This document shows, one piece after another, positions 39,164-48,933 of a DNA stretch of 64,000 nt. Position 1 is the first letter of the stretch, and each line of letters starts with the position of its first letter. A program made the translations under genes and the position numbers. The notes below the pieces were generated by a model. That model worked only from the letters and a program-made list of their open reading frames with translations. It was not told the DNA's origin and did no database searches. This stretch comes from Candidatus Latescibacterota bacterium (GTDB lineage: Bacteria > Latescibacterota > UBA2968 > UBA8231), in NCBI GenBank assembly GCA_965248265.1, contig CBDFJF010000001.1, positions 64,001 through 128,000 of the forward strand, given 5' to 3'.

Positions 39164-39952
39164 TCACTGCGAGCCTCTCCGCAAGCGCTTTATCTGCTGC
39201 TCGAACCAGGGAAAACCACTCAAGCGCAGCGCCTCTGCATAGCTTGCCAGTGCAGCACTGGTATCCCCCCTGGCCTCGGAACCGGAGGCCATCTGTGAAT
39301 AGGTCATGTACGACTCGGGAAAGTGTTCGAGGTTGAGTTCCAGCATTCGTTGCTCAGAAGCGTCCTCGCCGGCCCTGCGCAGTCGACGTGCTACCGAAAG
39401 AAGTGCGAATTCTCCAAAATCGTACACGGCTCGTCCGTAAAACTCCTCTCGTAGACGCCCGTACTCAGCCACGGAGGCTTCCACGCCCTCCTCTTCGAGC
39501 TTCACAAGCAGCACGGACTCGAGTGTGCGAGGCTTTGGTTGACCGTGGTGGCAGGTAACACACTCAACCTGCGAATCCTCGCGGCCGGCCAACGGCAACA
39601 ACTCCTCGTTGATCACCTGCGTCATCCGCATCATTTCGCGCGCAACCAGCTTCGGCTCCTTCTGGTCCGCGACATAGTCAAACTTCCCTTCGGCATTGTC
39701 GGTGTGTACATGGCAATAATCGCAACCCACCCCAAGAGCCAGCGTGAAGTCGTCCATCACCGTCATCAGATCTTCGTGATCGATGTCTAGTGGAAGGACC
39801 TGCAGATTGATCGGAATGTGGTGATCGGAGTGTGCCGGCACGGGGGAAGGCATCGCCCATGCAGTCGCCATCACCAGGAAATACAGGATAGGGCTACTGT
39901 TGACGATCAAAGCGGGGACTGTGAGTGCGGCCCCCACAGGGGGAGGCCGCAC
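39164..39952 (-). CDS. Periplasmic diheme c-type cytochrome (reaction-centre cytochrome c-like) with TPR tail; start uncertain
   Basis: NLQVL...ALGVGCDYCH...AREMMRMT..IN...VECVTCHHG; LNLEHFPES TPR-like. Confidence 0.85.
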   Translation of the reverse strand: MRPPPVGAALTVPALIVNSSPILYFLVMATAWAMPSPVPAHSDHHIPINLQVLPLDIDHEDLMTVMDDFTLALGVGCDYCHVHTDNAEGKFDYVADQKEPKLVAREMMRMTQVINEELLPLAGREDSQVECVTCHHGQPKPRTLESVLLVKLEEEGVEASVAEYGRLREEFYGRAVYDFGEFALLSVARRLRRAGEDASEQRMLELNLEHFPESYMTYSQMASGSEARGDTSAALASYAEALRLSGFPWFEQQIKRLRRGSQ

Positions 39953-39983
39953 ACAAACGAAATCGACTGCTATTGTACCCTAC

Positions 39984-40619
39984 TTACTCGTGAGCGGTGC
40001 CGTCGTCGCCATGGTCGCCACCGTCGTCGTGACCCATATCGCCATGGTCGCCGCCGCCGTCATGGTCGCCGCCCTCGTCATGACCGCCTTCTTCATCCAT
40101 CATGCGCATCTCTTCTTCCATGCGAGCGATCTCGCCGTGGATGTGCTCTACTTCACGCCTTACATCATCCCCGTGCTGACGAAGCTCTTCCTGCATGCGC
40201 TCGGCATGGCCGCGCATTTCCTCGATCTCGTGATGCATGCGCTCACGGTGCTCACCCTTCTGAGCCTCCCAGTGCTCGTGCATCTCCTGCTCCATGTGCT
40301 CGCGCATCTCATGCTCGACCTGCTCCCGGATCTCATGCTCGAGTTCCTGGCGGATGTGCTCGCGCATTTCCTCCATATCCGGCATCTCACCGCCATGCAT
40401 GTCGCCCGGGGGCATGCCACCGTCGTCATGCATCGGCATCGAGGCGGCAAACTCCATGAACTCGTCGTGATCAACAGTGCCGTCTCCGTTGAGATCCATC
40501 TTGCCGAACATCTCGGCTGGATCGGGAGGATGCATTTCGCCTTCCTCATGGTGATCAGCCTGCAATGCTACACCACTACACAAAAAAGCCGAGGTCAGAA
40601 AAACTGCGAACTTGCTCAT
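39984..40619 (-). CDS. Exported EF-hand protein with His/Met/Glu-rich coiled coil
   Basis: AAGGA RBS, signal peptide, EF-hand DLNGDGTVDHDEF, MREH/EHE repeats, GGDH-rich tail. Confidence 0.8.
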   Translation of the reverse strand: MSKFAVFLTSAFLCSGVALQADHHEEGEMHPPDPAEMFGKMDLNGDGTVDHDEFMEFAASMPMHDDGGMPPGDMHGGEMPDMEEMREHIRQELEHEIREQVEHEMREHMEQEMHEHWEAQKGEHRERMHHEIEEMRGHAERMQEELRQHGDDVRREVEHIHGEIARMEEEMRMMDEEGGHDEGGDHDGGGDHGDMGHDDGGDHGDDGTAHE

Positions 40620-41166
40620 TTTGGTTCCTTTCTTTCCATGGTTACGCACCGCGCCAGCGAGCCGGTCTGGTTTCAGCTGGCAGCCCAACAGGCATGTGTA
40701 TGGGCGTCGGTACTTGTGAGCTTGCTCACAGGTGGAGCAAAAACACCCTCCCGGGAGCATATACCTACAAGTCTGATGCGCAGTAATGTAGGGAATTTAT
40801 AGACAAATACAGTGTTAAAGATCACGCGGCCACAAACTAATCGTCATGGTACGCGAACTATTGCAGAAAACCCACTGTTGTGGGCGGAATGCCCCATTTT
40901 GCCGGGCAATTCCGTCCTGAGCGCTCGCATCCAGGTCCGATACGAAGCCGACTGCTATAGCCTCCACGTTTTTGCGCACGAACCATTCGGGAACTCCATC
41001 GCCGACCGTGTCGGTGCCCGGCCCCCATTGACGTGCACGACCTGGACTAACTTGTTAATATAAACGCAGTTACATCCCTGGCATGAACCGCTACTGGTCG
41101 ATCATCAGCAAAGGGATCGGCAACCTTTCAGGAGGCACTGGCAATGACAGCGTTGGATGATGCCGT

Positions 41167-42411
41167 GTGGGCTCCGTGGCCTTCCCCTTGAGGCGTTCCG
41201 TCGTTGCCGGCCTGACCATCGGCGCCGCAGCCTTCTTTCTTATCTGCGGCTACGAGTTCGCTCGCAGCGCCTCCTACTCCCTCTATATAGGTGCGTTCGG
41301 AGCGGAGCGGTTGCCGTTCGTGATGGCGCTGTCGCCGCTGGGTACGCTGGCGATCGTCTATCTCTACAGCAGGGCACTGTCCCGGCTGGGATCGCGCCAG
41401 ACCCTTTTCTGGACAGCGATTGCTGCTGGCGCAGCCATGCTGTTGTGCTATGTGCTCATCGGGACCGGGGTAAGTCTTGCAGTAGCCGCCCTGTACATCG
41501 TCCGCGAGTCCTACATCGTGCTGTTGATAGAGCAGTACTGGTCCTTCATCAACAGTACCCTGACGCAGGAACAGGCGCGTCGTTTCAACGGGCCCATCTG
41601 CGGCGTCGGGTCGGTAGGAGGGATCTTGGGTGGACTGGCCGTGGGTGCTTGGGCGGAGCCGTTGGGCAGCGAAACACTCATCCTCTTCGCGGCTGTTTCG
41701 GTGATTCCGGCAGCGGGACTCGGATGGCTGGCTCACCGCTTGGGTGGCGATCCCGTTCCCGATACTGAAGCTTCAGAGCGACGCTCGGGATATCTGGCAC
41801 TGGGTTTGTTTCGCCAACACCGGACCCTGGTTCTGCTCGCCGCGCTGATCGTCGCCACGCAAATCGTCGCCACTACCCTGGACATCCGTCTGGGAATCCT
41901 CGCAGAAGAAGCGATACCGGATACCGACAAGCGCACTTCCTACATCGGTTACCTGAACGCGGCTGTAAATGGCTCCGCTTTCCTGCTTCAGTTCGTAATC
42001 GCGCCGCTGTTGCTACGTCGCGTGCCTTTGTTCTTCGTCTTTCTCGCCATTCCGGTCGTGCATCTGGTGACCTGCAGTCTGTTGGCGATACAACCGAGTT
42101 TGACCATGGGCGCTGTTGCGTACCTACTGTTCAAGGCCCTGGACTACTCGATCTTTCGCGCCAGCAAAGAGATCCTCTACATCCCCCTGCCCTTCGACGC
42201 CCGTTACCGCGCCAAGGAAGTCATCGACGCCTTCGGTTATCGGGCATCCAAGGGCAGTACTTCCGCCCTGCTGGCCCTGGTCAGCGCCGCTGTTGAAAGG
42301 ATGCCGGTGGCCGCCTACCCACTCATCGCCCTGGGCGCCGCCGCGACATGGGTATCCCTGGTGATCAAAATGGTGCCGCGCCCCGCTCCATCCTCTTCAT
42401 CGACTCATTGA
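41167..42411 (+). CDS. MFS-like TLC/Npt1-Npt2 family nucleotide transporter homolog (true start possibly ATG 41144 with a 2-bp frameshift)
   Basis: YWSFINSTLTQEQARRF, KALDYSIFRASKEILYIPLPFDARYRAKEVIDAFGYR; about 12 TM segments. Confidence 0.8.
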   Translation: MGSVAFPLRRSVVAGLTIGAAAFFLICGYEFARSASYSLYIGAFGAERLPFVMALSPLGTLAIVYLYSRALSRLGSRQTLFWTAIAAGAAMLLCYVLIGTGVSLAVAALYIVRESYIVLLIEQYWSFINSTLTQEQARRFNGPICGVGSVGGILGGLAVGAWAEPLGSETLILFAAVSVIPAAGLGWLAHRLGGDPVPDTEASERRSGYLALGLFRQHRTLVLLAALIVATQIVATTLDIRLGILAEEAIPDTDKRTSYIGYLNAAVNGSAFLLQFVIAPLLLRRVPLFFVFLAIPVVHLVTCSLLAIQPSLTMGAVAYLLFKALDYSIFRASKEILYIPLPFDARYRAKEVIDAFGYRASKGSTSALLALVSAAVERMPVAAYPLIALGAAATWVSLVIKMVPRPAPSSSSTH

Positions 42412-43236
42412 CAGCCCGAGTCCCACGGATGGGCCCGCCCCTACGTTCTCTCCCGAAAAAATCGATTCGTATGACAGATCCACTGATACCGCACCGTGTA
42501 CCTTCAAGGCCGTGCTTACCCCCCACTTGATGAAGTCACCCTCGGAAACCTGCATCGACATTGAATCCATGGCATCCATGAATCCACCGTCACCGATGAG
42601 GGTGTTGGTCCCCACCAGATAAGTTTTGGCGAAGACCTTTTCGTGTGGGGTCACTCCGACCTCCAGCGCGAATGGCACCTGCCTGGAGAATGGACCGCCC
42701 CGCAGACGGAAACCGAGTTCGGCCCCGACATAGACAGGTGCTGGGTACAGCGACCTGGAGGCCAGCAGACGGAACTCCAGATCCATATCCCCAGTTCCCA
42801 ATGGAGGATTGTCGTCTGAGTCGTATCCGGTCGGGATTTTCCATTTCACGTAGGGCGCTACCACCACCGGTGCATCCAACCACTGATACTTGGCTCCGAT
42901 CCCCAGGTCGCCTATCCCCCGGGTTGAATGGCGCTCCTGCGCTGTTCTGGAAACCAGTTCTCCCCAGTTGCCCTCACCCACCACCGTCAACCGGTCCATG
43001 GCGCCGTACTCGACGTAGAGAAAAACCTGATCGGCATCGAAAGAATCACCGGCCGTCAGCGCCTCTCTCTTTCCATCAGTGGTATAGTGCTCGTCGGCGT
43101 TGTATGAAATACTCGACAGCTTGGCGTAGTACTGGCCTTTCGTCTGTGCCCATGCTCCGGCATCGACTCGTTGTGGCAGGATTCCAGCAACAACCAGCAG
43201 GGCCGCCACGACAAAGGTCCGCTTGTTCCACCGCAT
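42397..43236 (-). CDS. Hypothetical outer-membrane beta-barrel protein
   Basis: Signal peptide then AGAWAQTKG, YVEYG, GIGDLGIGAKYQ, KIPTGY...PLGTG. Confidence 0.75.
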   Translation of the reverse strand: MRWNKRTFVVAALLVVAGILPQRVDAGAWAQTKGQYYAKLSSISYNADEHYTTDGKREALTAGDSFDADQVFLYVEYGAMDRLTVVGEGNWGELVSRTAQERHSTRGIGDLGIGAKYQWLDAPVVVAPYVKWKIPTGYDSDDNPPLGTGDMDLEFRLLASRSLYPAPVYVGAELGFRLRGGPFSRQVPFALEVGVTPHEKVFAKTYLVGTNTLIGDGGFMDAMDSMSMQVSEGDFIKWGVSTALKVHGAVSVDLSYESIFSGENVGAGPSVGLGLSMSR

Positions 43237-43405
43237 GGTGACTTCTCCTCGAAAGGGTTGAAATCTTCCTGAGTTTCTGTCGGATGGTGCGGAGTATGAT
43301 AACGCATTGGTCCCGCGATGGCGATGACTGTCAATTCCTCTCCATCGTCCCTATTTTTTCACCCTGAAGACGGGCAGTTTGTCGGGTGGCCTATCAGGAG
43401 CGATC

Positions 43406-44128
43406 ATGCTCGAGATTATCGGTCTGAGTAAACACTTCGGCGACGTGAGAGCCGTCAACGATCTCAACCTGACCATCAACCCAGGTGAGATATTCACCAT
43501 GCTTGGAGCCAACGGGGCCGGGAAGACGACGACCCTGATGGTGTCGCTGGGGTTCACCGAGCCCACATCGGGCACCGTCAGGATCTGTGGCATCGACGTA
43601 ATGGAAGACCCCCTGGAAGCGAAGCGGCACGTGGCGTACGTATCAGAAAACGTGATGCTGTACGGGAATTTTACTGCAAGACAGAACCTGGATTTCTTCA
43701 CCAAACTGGGTGGCCGCAAGGACGCGAGCGATGAAGACTACGAGCAGGCCATGGGGCGAGTCGGCCTGCAACGAGAGGCCTATCACCGCCGCGTCAAGGG
43801 ATTCTCCAAGGGGATGCGCCAGAAACTCGGCATTGCCATCGCCATCATGAAGGATGCGGAAGTCATTCTACTGGACGAGCCCACCTCCGGACTCGACCCC
43901 AAGTCGGGCGCTGAGTTCCTCCAACTTCTTGCTGAACTGCGCGCCGAGAACAAGGCCATCTGGATGACGACTCACGATATCTTTCGGGCCAAGGCCGTGG
44001 CTGACCGGGTCGGAATCATGACGGAAGGTTCGCTGGTCAGGATTCTCACCAGGGACGAACTGGAGGAAGCGGATCTCGAGAAGATCTACATCGACTACGT
44101 CAGCCAGCCGGCTGACCAGCTCGCTTGA
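43406..44128 (+). CDS. ABC transporter ATP-binding protein (ABC-2/CcmA-like)
   Basis: GANGAGKTT, FSKGMRQK, LLDEPTSGLDP, TTHD. Confidence 0.93.
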   Translation: MLEIIGLSKHFGDVRAVNDLNLTINPGEIFTMLGANGAGKTTTLMVSLGFTEPTSGTVRICGIDVMEDPLEAKRHVAYVSENVMLYGNFTARQNLDFFTKLGGRKDASDEDYEQAMGRVGLQREAYHRRVKGFSKGMRQKLGIAIAIMKDAEVILLDEPTSGLDPKSGAEFLQLLAELRAENKAIWMTTHDIFRAKAVADRVGIMTEGSLVRILTRDELEEADLEKIYIDYVSQPADQLA

Positions 44129-45494
44129 ACCACACTAATTCATCCGCCATGCGCTACCTCTTCGCCACCGCCCCATTACTGCTCGCGCCCCTGATTGCAC
44201 CCAACGCCGCGGCCGAGCCAGTGACCATCACCCTCGATCGCTCGATCGCGGCGGCCGCCGAACACAATCGCGAACTGATCCAGGCACGTACCCGTGTCGA
44301 AGAGGTGCAGCGCGGCGACCGCATCATCGTTCGTTCACGGTACATGCCACACTTGAGCGTCACCACGACCTACGACGTCGAGGCCAGTGCCAATACACCG
44401 AGCGGCAAAACCGAAGAGGAATTCGGCGGCCGCGTGGAGTACTCCCAGCGCTTATTCGAGTTTGGGCCGAATGCGACTCAGGAAATCGGCCTGCGCTCCG
44501 ACCTGCGCCAGGCTCTCTTCGCCTACCAGGACAAGCTGCACGAGGTGCAGGCCCGGGTATGGCAGCTGTTCCAACTCGTTCTCCTACAGGAGGAGCAGAT
44601 TCAGCTGCGCCGCGACTCACGGGACAGATTCATGTCAACGCTGGAGCGCCAACAAGCCCGTTTCGACAAGCGATTGGCCTCAGAGGAGGATCAGCTGAAC
44701 GCTGAGCTCAACGTTCTCAACGAAGACCTCGCCATCAACAGACTCGTGCGACAACAGTTCAACAACAAGATGGAGCTGCTCAAGCTCACCGGCCGGCCGG
44801 CACCCAGGTGGAGCTCGAAGGGAAGTCCGTCCCTTTTCCCGTTGATCAGGAGGAGGCCGTCGCCATCGCGCTGGGACGGGACGTCGGACTTGCCATTCGA
44901 GAAGAAGAGCTGAACGAACAGCGACGCGCGCTGGCAGAGGTCAATTGGGAATACAGTCCGGATCTGTCGGTGCGTGCCGGGGTTGAGGATGGCCGTGCGG
45001 ATGCCGAGATCAACGTCGATCGCCGGGCCGGAACCTGGGGCCTGGATGTCGCGTCAGGATATGACCTGAAGGAAAAGGATGATGCTGATCCCCAACCCGG
45101 TGACCCTCAGTGGTCCGCCGAGATCGAAGCGCGCATCCCCATCTTCGAGGGCGGCTCCAGGATCGGCCAAAAACGTCGCGAGCAAGCCAGGCTCGAACGC
45201 ATCATGGAGGAAATTCGCGACCTGCGTGCCGGTGTTGATTTGGACGTACGCCAGGCGTTTCAGTCGATGCTCGAAGCCGAGGTGCAACAACGGATTCAGG
45301 AGAAACGCGTCTTTATCGCCCGTCGCCGGCTTGACATCAATCAGTACCTCAAGGATAAGGGCCGCGCTGACGAGGCCAAACTCGAGCAAGTCCGTGACCA
45401 GTTTTTTGGCGAGCAGGACGACCTTTTCGACGACCGGGTAAACTACATCAACCGGCAAGCTGAGCTACGCCGCCTTATGGGGTTCGTGGAGTAA
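44125..45494 (+). pseudogene. TolC-family outer-membrane efflux protein, split by a frameshift at (CCGG)3, 44789-44800
   Basis: ORF 44125-44913 (TLDRSIAAAAEHNREL, RYMPHLS) continues in another frame as ORF 44808-45494 (IPIFEGG, LDVRQAF, AELRRLMG). Confidence 0.8.
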
Positions 45495-45552
45495 TTCGAC
45501 GATTGCTTGCACCACTCGCCTGCGCACCGAGCGCAACAACCGGGAGACCGTA

Positions 45553-46104
45553 ATGAAGTCAAGATTCATTCTCGCCACTGCAGCTGTCAGCATGGCAACC
45601 CTTACCGCCGCATTCGCCCAACCTCGAATCGGCTATATCGATTCCCAGGTGCTCACGCAGCAGCTACCTGCATTTCAGGATATCCAGCAACAGCTGGAGA
45701 ACCTGCGACAAAGTTTCCAGCAAGAGGCAATCGATCGAGAAAGCAAGCTCAGGTCCATGCAGGAGGCCTTCACCAAGCAAGAGTTGCTGATGAGCGAGGT
45801 GCGCAAGGCACAGATGCAGCAGGAAATGGAAACGCAGTACATGCAGCTGCAACAGTACACGCAGGAAAAACTCGGCCCGGAAGGCGAGTTGGCCCGCAGG
45901 CATCTCGAGCTGTCATCCCCCATCTTCGCACACGTGAACGACGTCTTGAAGATGATCGCCGACGAAGATTCCTACGATCTCATCCTTGATGCTGCCGTGG
46001 GTGGGGTCATCGTTTTCGCCGACCCGCAGTACGACCTCACGGACAAGCTGTTGGCAAGGCTGCTGGCGGAGAAAGAGAGCGCTCAACCGGAGGAGGCGGA
46101 GTAA
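45553..46104 (+). CDS. skp: OmpH/Skp periplasmic chaperone
   Basis: Signal peptide, RIGYIDSQ, Gln-rich coiled coil, YDLILD...VIVFADPQYDLTDKLL. Confidence 0.9.
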   Translation: MKSRFILATAAVSMATLTAAFAQPRIGYIDSQVLTQQLPAFQDIQQQLENLRQSFQQEAIDRESKLRSMQEAFTKQELLMSEVRKAQMQQEMETQYMQLQQYTQEKLGPEGELARRHLELSSPIFAHVNDVLKMIADEDSYDLILDAAVGGVIVFADPQYDLTDKLLARLLAEKESAQPEEAE

Positions 46105-46152
46105 AGCGGCTCGCCCAGACTCTACAGTCAGCCGGGCTCCCGATCACGAAAA

Positions 46153-46968
46153 TCATTTTCGTGCCGACGCCGACCGCTTGAACACCGGCCGGAGATCGGC
46201 GGATTCCTTCTTGTCGAAGCGGTACCCACCGACATCGAATCCAGAAAGCTCCCCGGGTTTCTTCACATTGTTGTCGATGATCCAGCGCGACATGAGGCCA
46301 CGCGCGTACTTGGCGAACAGGCCCATTACTTTGAACTCGCCCTTGGACTCATCCTTGAACGCCGGATGGACCACCGGGCACGGAAGTTCGGCCTCCTTCA
46401 CCGATTTGTAGTACTCCCCACTGGCCAGGTTGCAGATCCAGTCGGGCTTCTCTTCGACCAGAGCCTCGGTGATGGCGCTGCCCCAGAACTCGTAGAGGTC
46501 TTTTCCCCTCGGCGTCTTCAGCTTGGTGCCCATTTCCAGTCGATAGGGCAGGATCTGGTCGTAGGGTTTGAGCACGCCGTAAAGGCCCGAAAGCATGCGG
46601 ATGCTAGCCTGGGCCCGTTCGATTTGCTTCGCCTTCATCGAGGGCGCGTCCAATCCCTGGTACACATCGCCGGTGAAGGCCCACAGGGCCTGCTTTGCCG
46701 GCGGAGGAACGCCATCCTTCGTGCTCCTTTTCTTGCCGGCCTGCTTGTGGATGAGGGTGGCCTCGAAACCCTGATAGCGTTCATAGTTGAGCCGCGCTAG
46801 CCCCTTACTCAAGCCCATCAGCTCGGCGAGGTCACTCTCCTTTTTCTTCTTCAGCACCCCGGCCAACGCACTCGTCTGTTCGTCGAGGAATCTCGGCACA
46901 CCCGTTTTCTTCGTCGGTGCGGGCGTCTCAAAATCGAGTGACTTGGCGGGGGATAACAATATCAACAT
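46153..46968 (-). CDS. yaaA: Peroxide stress protein YaaA (UPF0246/DUF328)
   Basis: MLILLSPAKSLDF, FTGDVYQGL, LSGLYGVLKPYD.I.PYRLEMG, NLASGEY, AKYARGLM. Confidence 0.93.
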   Translation of the reverse strand: MLILLSPAKSLDFETPAPTKKTGVPRFLDEQTSALAGVLKKKKESDLAELMGLSKGLARLNYERYQGFEATLIHKQAGKKRSTKDGVPPPAKQALWAFTGDVYQGLDAPSMKAKQIERAQASIRMLSGLYGVLKPYDQILPYRLEMGTKLKTPRGKDLYEFWGSAITEALVEEKPDWICNLASGEYYKSVKEAELPCPVVHPAFKDESKGEFKVMGLFAKYARGLMSRWIIDNNVKKPGELSGFDVGGYRFDKKESADLRPVFKRSASARK

Positions 46969-47083
46969 CAATCGTTTCTCCTGATCGGTGGTGGTCCTGG
47001 ACGTGCGGATCCCGCATTGCATGGTCTAGTAGTCAGTAATGCCGTAGGTTGAAGATAACAATGGAAAGAGGAAAGGATAAACG

Positions 47084-47764
47084 ATGCACAACAAGACCGT
47101 GTTTTTGGGAGAATTGACCCGAAAGGAGCTGGGAGAGGCCATTTCCAGCGGCACCGTTCAGGTGGGTATCGTGCCCACGGGCGCCACAGAGCAACATCAG
47201 GACCACCTGGCGATGATCCACGACACCGCCAGTGTCACCGAGATCGCACGGCGCGTGGCCATGCGCTTCTTCCCGCAAGTGTTGGTAACACCGACGATCT
47301 CAATGTCGGTCTCCGAACACCACATGAACCGCGGCGGGGCCCTGACCGTGCGACCGGAGATTCACGCCGAGCACCTGTACGACATCTGTCACAGCCTCAA
47401 ACGGCTCGGCGTGCCGAAGGTCATCGTCGTCAACGGCCATGGCGGTAACAAGCTCCCCAAGCTGGAGGACAAAGCGCCAGAAGCCATGCAGAGGCTCAAG
47501 GAGCTGGAGGTGGAGTACGTGACGTATTGGCAGACAATACCTGCCGAGTTTTACGAGACGCACCTGGACAACGATCGCAGCGCCGGCCACGCCGGTGAAT
47601 TCGAGACCTCGTTTGCCATGATCGCCTTCCCCGAACGCATCCGGGTCGATTGCATCGAATTCGAGTCAGCGAAGCTAGCCACGCTCCCCAAGGGCGGCCT
47701 CATCATGGATGCGGTCGTGAATGGGGTGGCCGGCGAGGTACAAAAGCTGCTGGATCGAGACTGA
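47084..47764 (+). CDS. Creatininase/creatinine amidohydrolase family protein
   Basis: PTGATEQHQDHL...DT, NGHGGN, HAGEFETS. Confidence 0.92.
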   Translation: MHNKTVFLGELTRKELGEAISSGTVQVGIVPTGATEQHQDHLAMIHDTASVTEIARRVAMRFFPQVLVTPTISMSVSEHHMNRGGALTVRPEIHAEHLYDICHSLKRLGVPKVIVVNGHGGNKLPKLEDKAPEAMQRLKELEVEYVTYWQTIPAEFYETHLDNDRSAGHAGEFETSFAMIAFPERIRVDCIEFESAKLATLPKGGLIMDAVVNGVAGEVQKLLDRD

Positions 47765-47777
47765 GATCCGCCCTGGC

Positions 47778-48446
47778 ATGAGTCTCGTAATCTTTGATTG
47801 CGATGGTGTCCTGGTAGAGAGTGAGGCGATCTACGTCGCCGCGGAGCTCGAATACCTGTCGCAGGCAGGTTTGACCTTCGACCGCGGCGATTATTTGCGA
47901 CAGTTCATGGGTCTGCCGCCCGATGTCTGGCAGCAACGCGTTTCCGAAGTGATAACGGCGCAAGAGCGCGGCGAACTCGAGGATGACTTTTTCGACCGGT
48001 TACAGGACTTCACGACGCGGAAACTGAAGAGCGAGCTGGTTCCGGTGGAAGGTGCCCGTAAGGCAATCGAATCCATCGAGATGGAGCGATGTGGTGCTTC
48101 CAGTTCCTCGCCCGAAGGGCTGCAATGGAAGCTCCAGCACACAAACTTGATCGACCTGTTCGAACCGAATCTGTTTTCGACCCAGTTGGTCGCAAACGGC
48201 AAACCAGCGCCTGACCTGTTCCTGTTGGCCGCCGAACGAATGGGGGTGCCGCCTTCGGAATGCATCGTCGTCGAGGACAGCTCGAACGGAGTACGTGCGG
48301 CTAGAGGTGCCGGGATGAAGACGATCGGGTTTACCGCCGGCAGTCATTGCCTGGATGGTCATGGGGATACGCTTCTTGCCGATGGTGCTGACGTGATCGT
48401 GGAGGATTCCTACAGCTTGCTGCCCGCCGCGATCGGGCGGCTGTAG
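47778..48446 (+). CDS. HAD-superfamily phosphatase (subfamily IA)
   Basis: VIFDCDGVLVESE, GKPAPDLFL, VVEDSSNGVRAA. Confidence 0.92.
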   Translation: MSLVIFDCDGVLVESEAIYVAAELEYLSQAGLTFDRGDYLRQFMGLPPDVWQQRVSEVITAQERGELEDDFFDRLQDFTTRKLKSELVPVEGARKAIESIEMERCGASSSSPEGLQWKLQHTNLIDLFEPNLFSTQLVANGKPAPDLFLLAAERMGVPPSECIVVEDSSNGVRAARGAGMKTIGFTAGSHCLDGHGDTLLADGADVIVEDSYSLLPAAIGRL

Positions 48447-48612
48447 CTATCTCACCGCTGCCAGCGCCCACACCGCGTGGTCGCAGGAATACCATCGCCA
48501 CAAAGTGCTCATCAGGTGCACCGATCGCAGTCGCGTATTATTATAACTTATTGTAATTATTACGATTAGGTCTATATATTCTTGATTTATCATATTACTT
48601 GATATAAAGTAG

Positions 48613-48639
48613 TAAAGTTTAATGCCAGGGTGCCGATAT
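48613..48639 (+). promoter_or_regulatory. Sigma28 (FliA)-type promoter
   Basis: TAAAGTTT-N11-GCCGATAT versus consensus TAAAGTTT-N11-GCCGATAA, preceded by an AT-rich tract of about 80 bp. Confidence 0.75.
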
Positions 48640-48685
48640 GTCGGATAGAGCTTCGGATACTTTAATCCGATAGGAGGGTACCAAC

Positions 48686-48919
48686 ATGGAGCGTTTGTTG
48701 ATGGTGACCGCAGCCCTGGTCATCCTGCACGTAGGTCCACCCGCGACCGATTCCGCAGTCCCGCCAGCGCAGCAAATCGAAGCAACTGACCTTCGCGAAA
48801 AAGGGGAACGCGAAGCCCTGGCACCAGCCAAGGAGGTCGATCCGCTGTTGGCTTGCAAGCAGCGTGAGTGCTTGGAGCTCGAGGATCTTCCTGCCGGCAT
48901 ACGAGAGCGGCCGGATTGA
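48686..48919 (+). CDS. Small exported hypothetical protein (77 aa)
   Basis: AGGAGG RBS, hydrophobic N-terminus, CKQREC near the C-terminus; directly downstream of the sigma28-type promoter. Confidence 0.6.
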   Translation: MERLLMVTAALVILHVGPPATDSAVPPAQQIEATDLREKGEREALAPAKEVDPLLACKQRECLELEDLPAGIRERPD

Positions 48920-48933
48920 ACCAGATTCTGAAG

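Noticed and set aside
39900-40802. 300-aa hydrophobic His/Leu-rich plus-strand ORF
   Set aside because: Antisense of the EF-hand protein, which has the RBS, signal peptide and motif.
40848-40865. TGGTACG...TTGCA sigma54-like site
   Set aside because: GG-to-GC spacing is 13 nt, not 10.
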